Shown in pieces: positions 11,701 through 22,980 of a DNA stretch of 64,000 nt (position 1 is the stretch's first letter; every line of letters starts with the position of its first letter). The notes under the pieces were generated by a model. The model was not told where the DNA came from and did not search any database. It saw nothing but the letters and a program-made list of their open reading frames with translations. A program made the position numbers and the translations under genes. The stretch is from Squalus acanthias (lineage: Eukaryota): contig CM059438.1 of assembly GCA_030390025.1 (NCBI GenBank), positions 62,622,001 through 62,686,000 of the forward strand, read 5' to 3'.

Positions 11701-14476
11701 CTCCTCATATGACCACCCCCTCATCCCCGGGATTAACCGAGTGAACCTTTTTTGCACTGCCTCGAGAGCAAGGATGTCTTTCCTTAAGTAAGGACACCAA
11801 AACTGTATGCAGTATTCCAGGTGCGGTCTCACCAATACCTTGTACAACTGAAGCAATACCTCCCTATTTTTATATTCTATCCCCCTAGCAATGAAAGCCA
11901 ACATTCCATTTGCCTTCTTAATCACTTGCTGCACCTGCATACTAACCTTTTGAGTTTCATGCACCAGGACCCCCCGATCCCTTTGCACTTCAGTACTCTC
12001 CAGTTTCTTGCCATTAAGATAATAAATTGCTCTAGGATTTTTCCTGCCAAAGTGCATCACCTCACACTTTCCAGTGTTGTATTCCATCTGCCAAATCTCT
12101 GCCCACTTACTTAGCCTGTCTATGTCCCCTTGCAGGTTTTTTATGTCCTCCTCACTCACTACTTTCCCTCCCATCTTAGTATCATCTGCAAATTTTGATA
12201 TGTTACACTTGGTCCCTTCCTCCAAATCGTTAATATAGATTGTAAAGAGTTGGGGACCCAGCACTGACCCCTGTGGAACACCACTAGTTACTGATTGCCA
12301 GTCTGAGAATGAACCATTTATCCCAACTCTTTGCTTTCTGTTAGATAGCCAATCCTCTATCCATGCCAGAATATTACCCCCAATCCCGTGATTTTTTTAC
12401 CTTAAGCAATAATCTTTTGTGTGGCACCTTGTCAAATGCCTTTTGGAAGTCTAAATACACTACGTCCACTGGTTCCCCTTTATCCACTCTATATGTTACT
12501 TCCTCAAAGAACTCCAGCAAATTTGTCAAACATGACTTCCCCTTCGTAAAACCATGCTGACTTTGTCCTATTAAATTATGATTATCCAAATGTCCTGTTA
12601 CTGTTTCCTTAATAATGGACTCCAAAATTTTACCTACCACAGATGTTAGGCTAACCGGTCTATAGTTACCAGCCTTCTGTCTACTGCCCTTTTTAAATAA
12701 GGGTGTTACATTAGCAGTTTTCCAGTCTGCCGGGACCTTAGCGGAATCCAGGGAGTTTTGAAAAATTATTATCAATGCATCTACAATCCCTACTGCCACT
12801 TCCTTCAAGACTCTAGGATGTAAGCCATCAGGTCCAGGTGATTTATCCGCCTTGAGTCCCATTATTTTACCGAGTACCACTTCCTTAGTGATTTTGATCG
12901 TGTTTAGCTCCTCCCCCCCATAGCCCCCTGTTTGTCCAGTGTTGGGATATTCTTAGTGTCCTCTACTGTAAAGACTGATACAAAATATTCATTCAGTGTT
13001 TTTGCCATCTCCATATTTCCCACCATTATTTTCCCGGTCTCATCCTCTAAGGGACCAACATTTACTTTAGCCACCCTTTTTCTTTTTATATAACTATAAA
13101 AACTCTTACTATCTGTTTTTATATTTTTTGCTAATTTACTTTCATAATCTATCTTCCCTTTCTTAATCAATCTTTTTGTTATTTTTTGCTGCCTTTTAAA
13201 GTTTTCCCAATCCTCTGTCCTCCCACTAGATTTCGCTACCTTATATGCCCTTGTTTTTAGTCGAATACTATCCTTAATTTCTTTACTTAGCCACGGATGA
13301 CTGTCCTTTCTTTTACACCCTTTTCTTTTCAGTGGAATATATATTTTTTGGAAGTTATAAAATAACTCCTTGAATGTACACCACTGATCATGTGTCGTCT
13401 TACCCTTTAATCTATTTTCCCAATCCACTCTACTCAATTCCGCTCGCATACCTTCATAGTCTCCTTTATTCAAGCTTAGCACGCTTGTTTGAGATCCAAC
13501 CTTCTCACCCTCTAATTGAATATGGAATTCAACCATGTTATGGTCACTCATTCCAAGGGGATCCTTTACTAGGACATTTTTAATTAATCCTGTCTCGTTA
13601 CACAGGACCAGATCTAAGGTTGCTTGCCCCCTGGTCGGTTCAGTTACATACTGCTCAAGAAACCCATCCCTAATACACTCAATGAACTCATCCTCAAGGC
13701 AGCCCTGCCCCATTTGATTTGTCCAATTAATATGATAGTTAAAATCCCCCATAATTATAGATGTTCCCTTATTACATGCCTCAACTATTTCCTGATTGAT
13801 ACTCCGTCCATTGACCAGAAACTTAACTGGACCAGCCACATTAATACTGTGGCAACAAGAGCAGGTCAGAGGCTAGGTATTCTGCGGCGAGTGTCTCATC
13901 TCCTGACTTCCCAAAGCCTTTCCACCATCTACAGGGCACAAGTCAGGAGTGTGATGAAATACTCTCCACTTGCCTGGATGAGTGCAGCTCCAACAACAGT
14001 CAAGAAACTTGACACCATCCAGGACAAAGCAGCCCGCTTGATTGGCACCCCATCCACCACCTTAAACATTCACTCCCTCCACCACCGGCGTACCGTGGCT
14101 GCAGTGTGTACCATCTACAAGATGCACTGCAGCAACTCGCCAAGGCTTCTTCGGCAGCACCTCCCAAACCCGCGACCTCTACCACCTAGAAGGACAAGGG
14201 CAGCAGGCGCATGGGAACACCACCACCTCCAAGTTCCCCTCCAAGTCACATACCATCCTGACTTGGAAGTACATCGCCGATCCTTCATTGTCGCTGGGTC
14301 AAAATCCTGGAACTCCCTACCTAACAGCACTGTGGGAGTACCTTCACCACACGGACTGCAGCGGTTCAAGAAGGCGACTCACCACCACCTTCTCAAGGGC
14401 AATAAGGGATGGGGGGATGGGCAATAAATGCTGGCCTTGCCAGCAACACCCACATCCCAGGAACGAATAAAAAAAT
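8771..14476 (+). mobile_element. Family B LINE, near full-length single APE-RT ORF (decayed), interrupted by a CR1 at 11117-13807
   Basis: APE motifs TNIWGL...DIVILTESYL, WVGDFNVH and SDH; RT motifs YRPISLL, DRVWH and GVPQGSVLGP; A-tailed 3' end. Confidence 0.9.
11117..13807 (-). mobile_element. Young CR1 LINE, 5'-truncated within the endonuclease domain
   Basis: ORFs 12904-13839, 12374-12880 and 11353-12264 (GDFN, SDH, NYRPVSL, FADD); (TTCTTATG)n tail; CCAT duplicated at both junctions. Confidence 0.95.
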
Positions 14477-14789
14477 ATCAACTGCACTACGCTCATCAAC
14501 CCTCTCCGTTACTTCATCAGCAACAAGAACAACTTGCATTGATGTAGCGCCTTTAATGTAGTAAAACGTTCCTAGGCACTTCACAGGAGCATTATCAAAC
14601 AAAATTTGACATCGAGCCACATAAGAAGCTATTAGGACAGGTGAAACAAGCAAGAAACTGCATTACTTCTGAACAGACTTACTTCTCACGGCGTGTTCAG
14701 TGGCTATCAGGATGATCGAGCTGGATAGTCATCAATGAGCAGCTCAGCAGTTTTATAAGCCAAGTGTGCACACAAACTTCCTGTCCCTA

Positions 14790-15095
14790 ACTACACAACT
14801 AACTTAGTATCATCTGCAAATTTGGATAAATAACTCTCTATTCCTTCAGCCAAGTCATTGAGATATATAATGAAAAGCTGAGGTCCCAGTACAGATCCCT
14901 GACGAACACCACTTGTCACATCCTGCCAATCAGAGTACATTCCCTTTATCCTAACTCCCGACCAATCACCAACCCATGTCGTAAGGTTACTTCCAATTCT
15001 GTGCGCTTTTATTTTTGCTAATATTCTCTTGCGCGGAACATTATCAAATGCTTTCTGGAAGTCAGTATAAACAACATCCACAGACGCTCCCCTGT
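14790..15095 (-). mobile_element. Old internal CR1 RT fragment
   Basis: [13 protein letters not shown]...QGSVLGP...SKFADDTKL. Confidence 0.85.
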
Positions 15096-15105
15096 CACGA
15101 ACACG

Positions 15106-15530
15106 CAAAGAAAGCCTTACATTTATAGAGCGCTTTTACCACCTCAGATCTTCCCAAAGCACTTTTGAAGTTGTAATATAGGGAAACATGGAATTTGCGC
15201 ACAGCAAGCTCCCACAAACAGCAATGAGATAATGAGCACATAATCTGTTTTAGTGATGATTGTTGAGGGATAAATTCCAGCCCGGACATCGGGAGAACTC
15301 ACCTGCTCTTCTTGAAAATAACGCCATGGGATCTTTAACATCCAGCTGAGGGGGCAGATGGAGCCTCGGTTTAACGTCTCATCCAAAAGACGGTACCTCT
15401 GGCAGTGCAGCACTCCCTCAGTACTGCACTGGAGTGTCAGCCTGGATTTTGTGCTCAAGTCTCATGGAGTGGGACTTGAACCCACAACCTTCTGACTCTA
15501 AAGCACTACCAACTGAGCCACAGCAGACAC
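15106..15530 (-). mobile_element. DeuSINE (SacSINE1-like)
   Basis: Reverse complement of the tRNA head, Deu core and tail seen at 4595 and 39186. Confidence 0.8.
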
Positions 15531-15592
15531 TACAAAGCCAAGGCAGGGAAAACAAGGCAGCAAGAAAGTGCATTACTTCTGAACAGACTTAC

Positions 15593-15702
15593 TTTTCACG
15601 GCTAGTTCAGTTGCTATCAGGATGATCGAGCTGGATAGTCATCAACGAGCAGCTCAGCAGTGAAGTTGGTCACGTTCAGGCACAGCGAACCCGAGAGTAA
15701 TC
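15593..15702 (-). other. Candidate 110-nt exon of an unidentified transcript (probably UTR or non-coding)
   Basis: Non-repeat sequence between a minus-strand acceptor GCTTTTATTTGCAAACAG and donor GTAAGT. All three frames contain stops. Confidence 0.35.
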
Positions 15703-16329
15703 CTGTTTGCAAATAAAAGCAGCACATGTCAAGCCACCACTGACACTTCACTGTGAGACAGAAATAACCCTGAGGAAATGTCTCGACTCATTCAACAGTG
15801 AGATAGATTGCAGCACTTAAAAATCACTGAGCTGAATTAAAAGCCAAGCTGGAGTCTCAACTGATCTTATAATAAGTAGATTCCAAGTGAATACCTTTTC
15901 CAACATAAATTGGCAGGAGGGGTCGTGGAGTTTCACCGGGAAAGGTTATCTTCTGCTGCTGCCTCAGGAAATGCAACACATCAAAATCCTGGAGCTTGTC
16001 AAACGCAGACTAGTGGTCCTAGTGGAACTGCTGCAGTTTTATGAGCTCCCAGTGACTGCCCCCACACATACAGCGACCCTCCCTCATCCTTAGTCCCTGA
16101 TCGTCTGAGCAATGAGCACGCACACGCAGATGGTCAGAAAATAAAGGGGGCTGGGTGGAGGGAAATAACCAGGGACTTTTCATGCCAAAAGAAAAAATAC
16201 AGCACAACTCTCCAAGCCAAAGAGAATCCATTTCCATCCAGCCGATTACTGTAAAACAGCTGGCTTTCAGAAGGCCCTCATTCTTACAATTTAAACTGTT
16301 GGAAACATTTCAGCTGGCAGGATGGTAAA

Positions 16330-17147
16330 GCAAGAATTGCATTGATATCGCGCCTTTCCAATCTCAGGACATCCCAGAGCACTTTACAGCCAATAAAATA
16401 TCTTAGAAGTGTAATCACTGGTGTAATGTAGGGAGACACATCAGAGCTGATCGAGCGTGGTCCCAGGTGGGCAGAGGAAACGCTTCAAGGACACCCTCAA
16501 AGCCTCCTTGAAAAAGTGCAACATCCCCACCAACACCTGGGAATCCCTGGCCCAAGACCGCACAAAGTGGAGGAGAAGCATCTGGGAAGGCGCCGAACAC
16601 CTCGAGTCTCTTCGTCGGGAGCAAGCGGAAGCCAAGCGCAGGCAGCGCAAGGAGCGCACGTCAACCCAAGCACCCCACCCACCCGTCCCTTCAACCACCG
16701 ACTGCCCCACCTGTGACAAAGACTGTAGGCCCCACATTGGACTCATCGGTCACCTGAGAACTCATTTTTAGTGTGGAAGCAAGTCATCCTCTGTTCCGAG
16801 GGACTGCCTAAGAGAGGAGGGAGACACTGCAGTCAACTTGCACACAGTAAGATCCCACAAACAGATGTGCAATAAATGACTAGATCATCTTTTTTTTATT
16901 CGGTGTCATACATGGGATAAATGTTGGCCAGGACACTGGGGAGAACTCTCCCGAGCTTTTCTTTGAATAGTGCCATGGGATCTTTTATGTGCACCTGAGA
17001 GGGCAGATGGGGCTTCAGTTTAACATCCAATCTGAAAGATGGCGCCTCCGACAGTGCAGCACTCCCTCATTACTGCAGTGAAGTGTCAGCCTAGATGTGG
17101 TGCTCAAGTCTCTGGAATGGGACTTGAACCCACAACCTTCTGACTCA
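16330..17147 (-). mobile_element. DeuSINE interrupted by an RTE fragment
   Basis: Deu core at ~16940-17100; tail continues at 16330-16439. Confidence 0.75.
16440..16817 (+). mobile_element. RTE-clade LINE 3' fragment with 10-bp TSD AGGGAGACAC
   Basis: GGQRKRFKDTLKASLK...WESLAQDRTKWR...CPTC..HLRTH (RTE C-terminus with C2H2). TSD at 16430-16439 and 16818-16827. Confidence 0.85.
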
Positions 17148-17588
17148 ACAACAACAACAACTTGCATTTATATAGCGCCTTTAACTTAGTAAAACGTCCC
17201 AAGGCATTTCACAGGAGTGCTATAAGACAAAATTTGACACAGAGCCACATAAGGAGAAATTAGGGCAGAAGAGGTAGGTTTTTAGGAGCGTCTTAAAGGA
17301 GGAGAGAGAGGTAGAGAGGCGGAGAGGTGTAGGGAGGGAATTCCAGAGCTTAGGCCCCAGGCAGCTGAAGGCACGGTTGTCAAAGGTGGAGCGATTGAAA
17401 TTGGGGATGCACAAGAGACCAGATTTGGAGGAGCACAGATATCTTGGGGGGTTGCAGGGCTGGAGGAGGTTACAGAGATAGGGAGGGGTGAGGCCACGGA
17501 GGGATTTGAAAACAATGATGAGAATTTAAAACTCGTGGCGTTTCTCAACGGGAGCCAATGTAGGTCAGCGAGCACAGGGGTGGTGGAG

Positions 17589-17751
17589 TAATGTTCTCCC
17601 GAATATTTTGGGGGTGCGCGGCCCCTTTGAGGGACTGCGCGGCCCATTCACAGTTCCACACACGCGCGAGACTTAACATTGGAAAAGGCAGTCCCGTGCT
17701 GCGCAGGACTGGCAGAGAGCTGCGCGGCCACGCAGCTTAGAGGGAACGTTG
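17589..17751. mobile_element. hAT-type MITE, same TIR family as 34329-34470
   Basis: TAATGTTCTCCC...TTAGAGGGAACGTTG; imperfect GTGGTGG(A/G) duplication. Confidence 0.65.
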
Positions 17752-17812
17752 GTGGTGGGTGAATGGGACTTGGTGCGAATTAGGACACGGGCAGCATCAT
17801 TCTGGATGAGCT

Positions 17813-18043
17813 TGTTGTGGCTGCCGCGAAACACGAATTGAAGCCGAGTCCATGTGTGGAACACAAAAGCTTTTTATTACATCTGCTAAGATGGCTGCTA
17901 ACACTGGAATCTGGAAGGTTCTGAGGCCCCGCCCACTCCTTTTCTCCTGCCTTAAAGGCAAGGTGCCTTAAAGGCAAGGTGCCCGATTTATTGTCCACGG
18001 ACGGAAAAGTGAATTGCGCCCGTTTAGGTGGCGATCCGCCACA
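17813..18043 (-). mobile_element. Solo LTR (231 bp) with 4-bp TSD AGCT
   Basis: TGTTGTGG...CCGCCACA termini, AGCT at 17809-17812 and 18044-18047, minus-strand AATAAA near 17875. Confidence 0.8.
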
Positions 18044-19374
18044 AGCTCAAGTTTATGGAGGGTAGAAGATGGGAGGCCGGCCAGGAGTGCGTTGGAATAG
18101 TCAAGTCTAGAGGTGATAAAAGCATGGATCATGGTTTCAGCAGCAGATGCACTGAGGTGGGGTGGAGTTGGACGATGTTACATAGGTGGAAGTCGGCGAT
18201 CTTGGTGATGGAGTGGATATGTGGTCGGAAGCTCATCTCAGGGTCAAGTATGACGCCAAGGTCTGCTTCAGCCTCAGACAGTTGCCCGGGAGAGGGATGG
18301 AGTCAGTGGCTAAAATTCCCTGAGTTACCTACCTGACTACTGAAATTGTTACTATTTTGCCCACTCGTTTCCTGCTAACCTGGCCAATGCTTGGCTATAC
18401 CCAAAATATTCCACTCCCGAATGCATTTCCTTCTCCTCCCCCCACAACCCCCCCCACCATCTCCCCAACCTTCAGTGTCCACCATCCCTCGTTGAGAAGG
18501 CAGGCAGATGAGCTGTACCCAAGTACCAGGCGGTGGTGATTTCCAACCCACCACTCAACATCGTGTCTGAATCAGTGCCACACAGGCTATTAACTTACAC
18601 CCCACCACACCCCAGTGCTTAAGGACACTGTCCCACCAGTGTGTCCTTCTTAACCATATTTGAAGCAGGTTACCACACTTGTCTAGATCAACCAAGAAAG
18701 CACAGAATGAGAAAACAGCCCCTCAAGCTTACAGGTATTCATCCCCACAGCTCAACTATTTAACATAGAGTCATAGATAGATAGAGTCATAGAGTTATAC
18801 AGCACAGAAAGAGGCCCTTCGGCCCATCGTGTCCGCGTCAGTGAGTGTGGTGCAATGTGTTTGGGTGATGTGTGAGTCAGTGAGTGTGGTGCAATGAGTT
18901 TTTCCTCAAATCCCCTCTACACCTCCTGCCCCTTACCTTGAAACTATGCCCCCTGGTTATTGACCCCTCTACTAAGGGGAAAAGTTCATTTCTATCTACC
19001 CTATCTATGCCCCTCATAATTTTGTACACCTCAATCAGGTCCCCCCTCAGCCTTCTCTGCTCTAAGGAAAACAACCCCAGCCTGTCCAGTCTCTCTTCAT
19101 AGCTGAAGCGCTGCAGCCCAGGTAACACCCTGGTGAATCTCCTCTGCACCCTCTCCAATGCAATCACATCCTTCCTATAGTGTGGCGACCAGAACTGCAC
19201 ACAGTATTCCAGCTGTGGCCTAACTAGCGTTTTGTACAGCTCCATCATAACCTCCCTGCTCTTATATTCTATGCCTCGGCTAATGAAGGCAAGTATCCCA
19301 TATGCCTTTTTAACCACCTTATCTACCTGTCCTGCTGCCTTCAGGGATCTATGTACATGCACACCAAGGTCCCT

Positions 19375-19622
19375 CCGGTTATTGAGGAGGAGTTTTCGGA
19401 GTATGAATTTTGCCGGTTAATAGAGAATTCCGGATATTTAGGTGCCGTTTAAACGAGAGTTTCCTGTACAAAGGACTAAAAACAGTGGAAGCCCTAGAAG
19501 AGTATAGAAAGTGCAGGGGGGTACTTAAAAAAGAAATTAGGAGAGCGAAGAGGGGGCATGAAATAACACAGGCGAGCAAAATAAAGGAAAATCCCAAGGT
19601 GTTTTATAAGTATATTAAGGGC
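19375..19622 (-). repeat. Inverted 248-bp copy of the CR1/Tigger junction at 20699-20936
   Basis: Direct reverse-complement match that includes the Tigger left TIR and its TA. Confidence 0.9.
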
Positions 19623-21049
19623 CTTCCTAGGGTCCTACCATTCATTGTGTATTCCCTTGCCTTGTTAGTCCTCCCAAAATGCATCACCTCACACTTTTCA
19701 GGGTTAAATTCCATTTGCCACTGTTCTGCCCATCTGACCAACCCGTCTATATCGTCCTGTAGCCTGAGGCTTCCCTCCTCGTTCTTTACCACTCCACCAA
19801 TTTTCGTGTCATCTGCGAACTTACTGATCATACCTCCTACATTCATATCTAAATCATTAATGTATACTACAAACAGCAAAGGACCCAGCACCGATCCCTG
19901 TGGTACACCACTGGACACAGGCTTCCAGTCACAAAAACAACCTTCGACCATCACCCTCTGCCTCCTGCCACTAAGCCAATTTTGGATCCAATGTGCCAAG
20001 TTGCCCTGGATCCCATGGGCTCTTACCTTCTTGACCAGTCTCCCATGCGGGACTTTGTCAAAAGCCTTATTGAAGTCCATGTAGACTACATCAACTGCAC
20101 TACCCTCATCCATACACCTAGTCACCCCCTCAAAAAATTCAATCAAATTGGTCAGACATGATCTCCCCCTGACAAAGCCATGCTGACTATCCTTGATTAA
20201 TCCTTGCCTCTCCAAGTGGAGACTAGTTCTGTCCCTCAGAATTTTTTCCAATAATTTCCCTACCACTGATGTTAGGCTCACTAGCCTGTAATTCCCTGGT
20301 TTATCCCTACTACCCTTCTTGAATAATGGTACTACTTTAGCTGTCCTCCAGTCCTCTGGCACCTCCCCTGTAGCCAGAGAGGTTCTGAAAATTTGTGTCA
20401 GAGCCCCTGCAATCTCCTTCCTTGCCTCACACAACAGCCTGGGATACATCTCATCTGGGCCTGGGGATTTATCCACTTTTAAGCCCGCTAAAACAACTAG
20501 TACCTCCTCCCTCTCAATACTAATTTGTTCAAGTATATCATAATCCCCCTGCCTGATTTCTATGCCTACATCGTCCTTCTCCATCGTGAACACAGATGCA
20601 AAATATTCATTTAAAATCTCACCCACATCTTCCGGCTCTACACAAACATTGCCACTTTGGTCCCTAATGGGCCCTACTCTTTCCCTGGTTATCCTCTTGC
20701 CCTTTATATACTTATAAAACACCTTGGGATTTTCCTTTATTTTGCCCGCCAGTGTTATTTCATGCCCCCTCTTCGCTCTCCTAATTTATTTTTTAAGTAC
20801 TTTCTATACTCCTCTAGGGCTTACACTGTTTTCAGTCCTTTGTACAGGAAACTCTCGTTTAAATGGCACCTAAATATCCGGAATTCTCTATTAACCGGCA
20901 AAATTCAGACTCCGAAAACTCCTCCTCAATAACCGGCAATGTTGCCGAGTCCGAGTCCGAGTCTCCCGCGAACGCCAAGTTAGTCAGTGCCACTACTCGG
21001 CTTCCCGGCGCTGTCGGAAGTCCGAACACCGCAATAACAGGAGTCTGAT

Positions 21050-21198
21050 TCTCCCGCGCTGCCGGTAGTCTCTTCTGATACACCATTTTACTGTGTGTCT
21101 CCCACGCTGCTGGTAGTCTCTTCTGATCCGCCATTTTACTGTGTGTCTCCCACGCTGCTGGTAGTCTCTTCCGATCCACCATTTTTCTGTGTGTCTCT
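21050..21198 (+). repeat. 48-bp tandem repeat x3 in the Tigger 5' region
   Basis: CTCCCACGCTGCTGGTAGTCTCTTCTGATCCGCCATTTTACTGTGTGT units. Confidence 0.85.
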
Positions 21199-21235
21199 CC
21201 ATCTTTATCGTGAATTATCTCCCCCATCTTGCATT

Positions 21236-22980
21236 ATGGAATTCCCAAAAGCTGGTCCAAGCAAAAGGAAGAGAGTGGTGTTAACTTTAAAACAGAAAAT
21301 CGAGATATGCCAACGACTAGAAAGGGGAGAGAAGCGTATCAACATTATGAATGAATTCAAAATCAGTTCGTCAACAATCTATGACATCAAATCGCAGAAG
21401 GATAAGCTGCTCAAGTTTTATTCAAGCTCGGAGACATCTAAGAGTGTAGAGAAATGGCGTACGCTTCGTAAGCCTAAGCTTGAAGAGCTGGACACCGTGC
21501 TTTATGAGCTGGATACCGTGTTTTCTCTTAAGCGTTCAGAGGGTGTTCCACTTACCGGACCCATGCTAATCGAGAAAGCGAAGGATTTCTACGTAAGGAT
21601 GGAGCTCACTGACAAGTGTGCTTTCTCCAAGGGATGGCTAACATGCTTCAAGTTACGGCACGGGATACGACGACTCGATATTTCCGGGGAGAAGAAATCA
21701 GCTGATCACGACGCCGCAGAAGAATACTGCGATTATCTCAATCGGATTGTGCAGCAATATGATTTGTCGCCAGCACAGATATATAATGCCGATGAAACTG
21801 GCTTATTTTGGAGGTTTTTGCCAGAATCAATGCTTGCTGGGGCTAATGAGGCTAATGCTTCAGGTTACAAGAAAAATAAAGATCGTGTAACCGTGCTAAC
21901 ATGTGCGAACGCTGCTGGATCACACCGGGTTAAATTTCTTGTTATTGGGAAGTATAAAAATCCCCGTGCATTTAAAAATGTGAGGCACTTACCTGTTGAG
22001 TACAAAGATCAAAAAAATGCTTGGATGGATAAGGAAATCTTCTCCTATTGGTTCCATCATATTTTTGTTCCATCTGTAAAATAGGGAAACCTGAAGATAG
22101 CAAATGCATTTTATTGCTTGATAATTGTAGAGCCCATCCGCATGAATCCGAGTTGGTTTCGGGAAATATTTTCACCATGTATTTGCCACCAAATGTAACT
22201 TCTCTTATACAACCCATGGACCAGGGCGTTATCCAAAATCTGAAGTGTCATTACAAGAAAGACTTCCTACGTAAACTGATAAACCAAGATGACAATATTC
22301 ACGCATTTCAGAAGGAATACAGTCTTAAAGATGCCATATATAATGTTGCATGTTCCTGGAACTTGGTGAAAGGTCACACTCTGAGGCAAGCCTGGCACAA
22401 ATTGTGGCCTTCTGTAATGTTTGCTGAAGGTTCTTCTTCAGAAGAGGAATTTCATGGGTTCAATCTTCGTCCCAATACAATAATGTAAATGGCTGGCATG
22501 GTGAAAAATGTAGGCCCAGCAAACCCTCTACGTCACCTCAGTGAAAGTGATATCGAGCAGTGGGTTGATGCAGATAGAGAAGTTGGTGTTGTGCATATGC
22601 TAAGTGATGATGAAATAATTGAGAATGTTTTGAATCCAAAGAAAGAAAAGGAAAGTGAGATGGAAAGTGAAGAGGATGAGATTTCTGAAGAGAAGAAGAT
22701 TTCTTGGGCTAAAGCTGCAGAAGGATTTGCTTCAATCCTCCAATTTGCTGAAAGGCAGCCTTGCTACTCTGCCCAAGAAGTTATGCAACTCCATATTCTG
22801 CATTCCACGTTTCTACAGAAAAGGCAAGAGTCCACTAAGCAAGCCAACATCCGGGACATGTTTAAGAAAGCTTCCAAAAGAGTCAAAGCAGCGGAAGTGC
22901 CTGAAGAATCTGTGGAAGTGCATGATCCTGATGACCCAGCTGGCATGGATATTCCTGATGAACCAGCTGACTTGGAATAA
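21236..22980 (+). pseudogene. Tigger/Jerky-like transposase (psq-HTH, CENP-B HTH, DD32D), with a frameshift and stops
   Basis: [38 protein letters not shown]-x32-D(QG). Frameshift near 22080 and stop at 22486. Confidence 0.9.

Larger units (their letters stand above)
17148..18310 (-). mobile_element. L2 LINE 3' portion hosting a hAT MITE and a solo LTR
   Basis: LIQNDAAR...TPVLADLHWLP...RAFSCLGPKLWNSLP...FKTLLKTYLF; (AAC)n tail. Confidence 0.85.

Noticed and set aside
12380..12925. Programmed frameshifts in the young CR1
   Set aside because: Both fall in homopolymer runs, and the sister copy at 50401 has one fewer A and an open frame; slippage or sequencing error explains them.
13624..14427. 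267-aa plus-strand ORF as a novel gene
   Set aside because: It is antisense CR1 fused by chance to the family B C-terminus at the 13808 junction.
19410..20084. 224-aa plus-strand ORF
   Set aside because: It is produced by the inverted duplication running into antisense CR1.
21050..21198. CRISPR-like array
   Set aside because: Head-to-tail repeats with no unique spacers, in a eukaryotic transposon.
21236..22980. Domesticated TIGD/JRK host gene
   Set aside because: It has TIRs, a TA TSD inside a CR1 and a disrupted frame, so it is a dead transposon copy.
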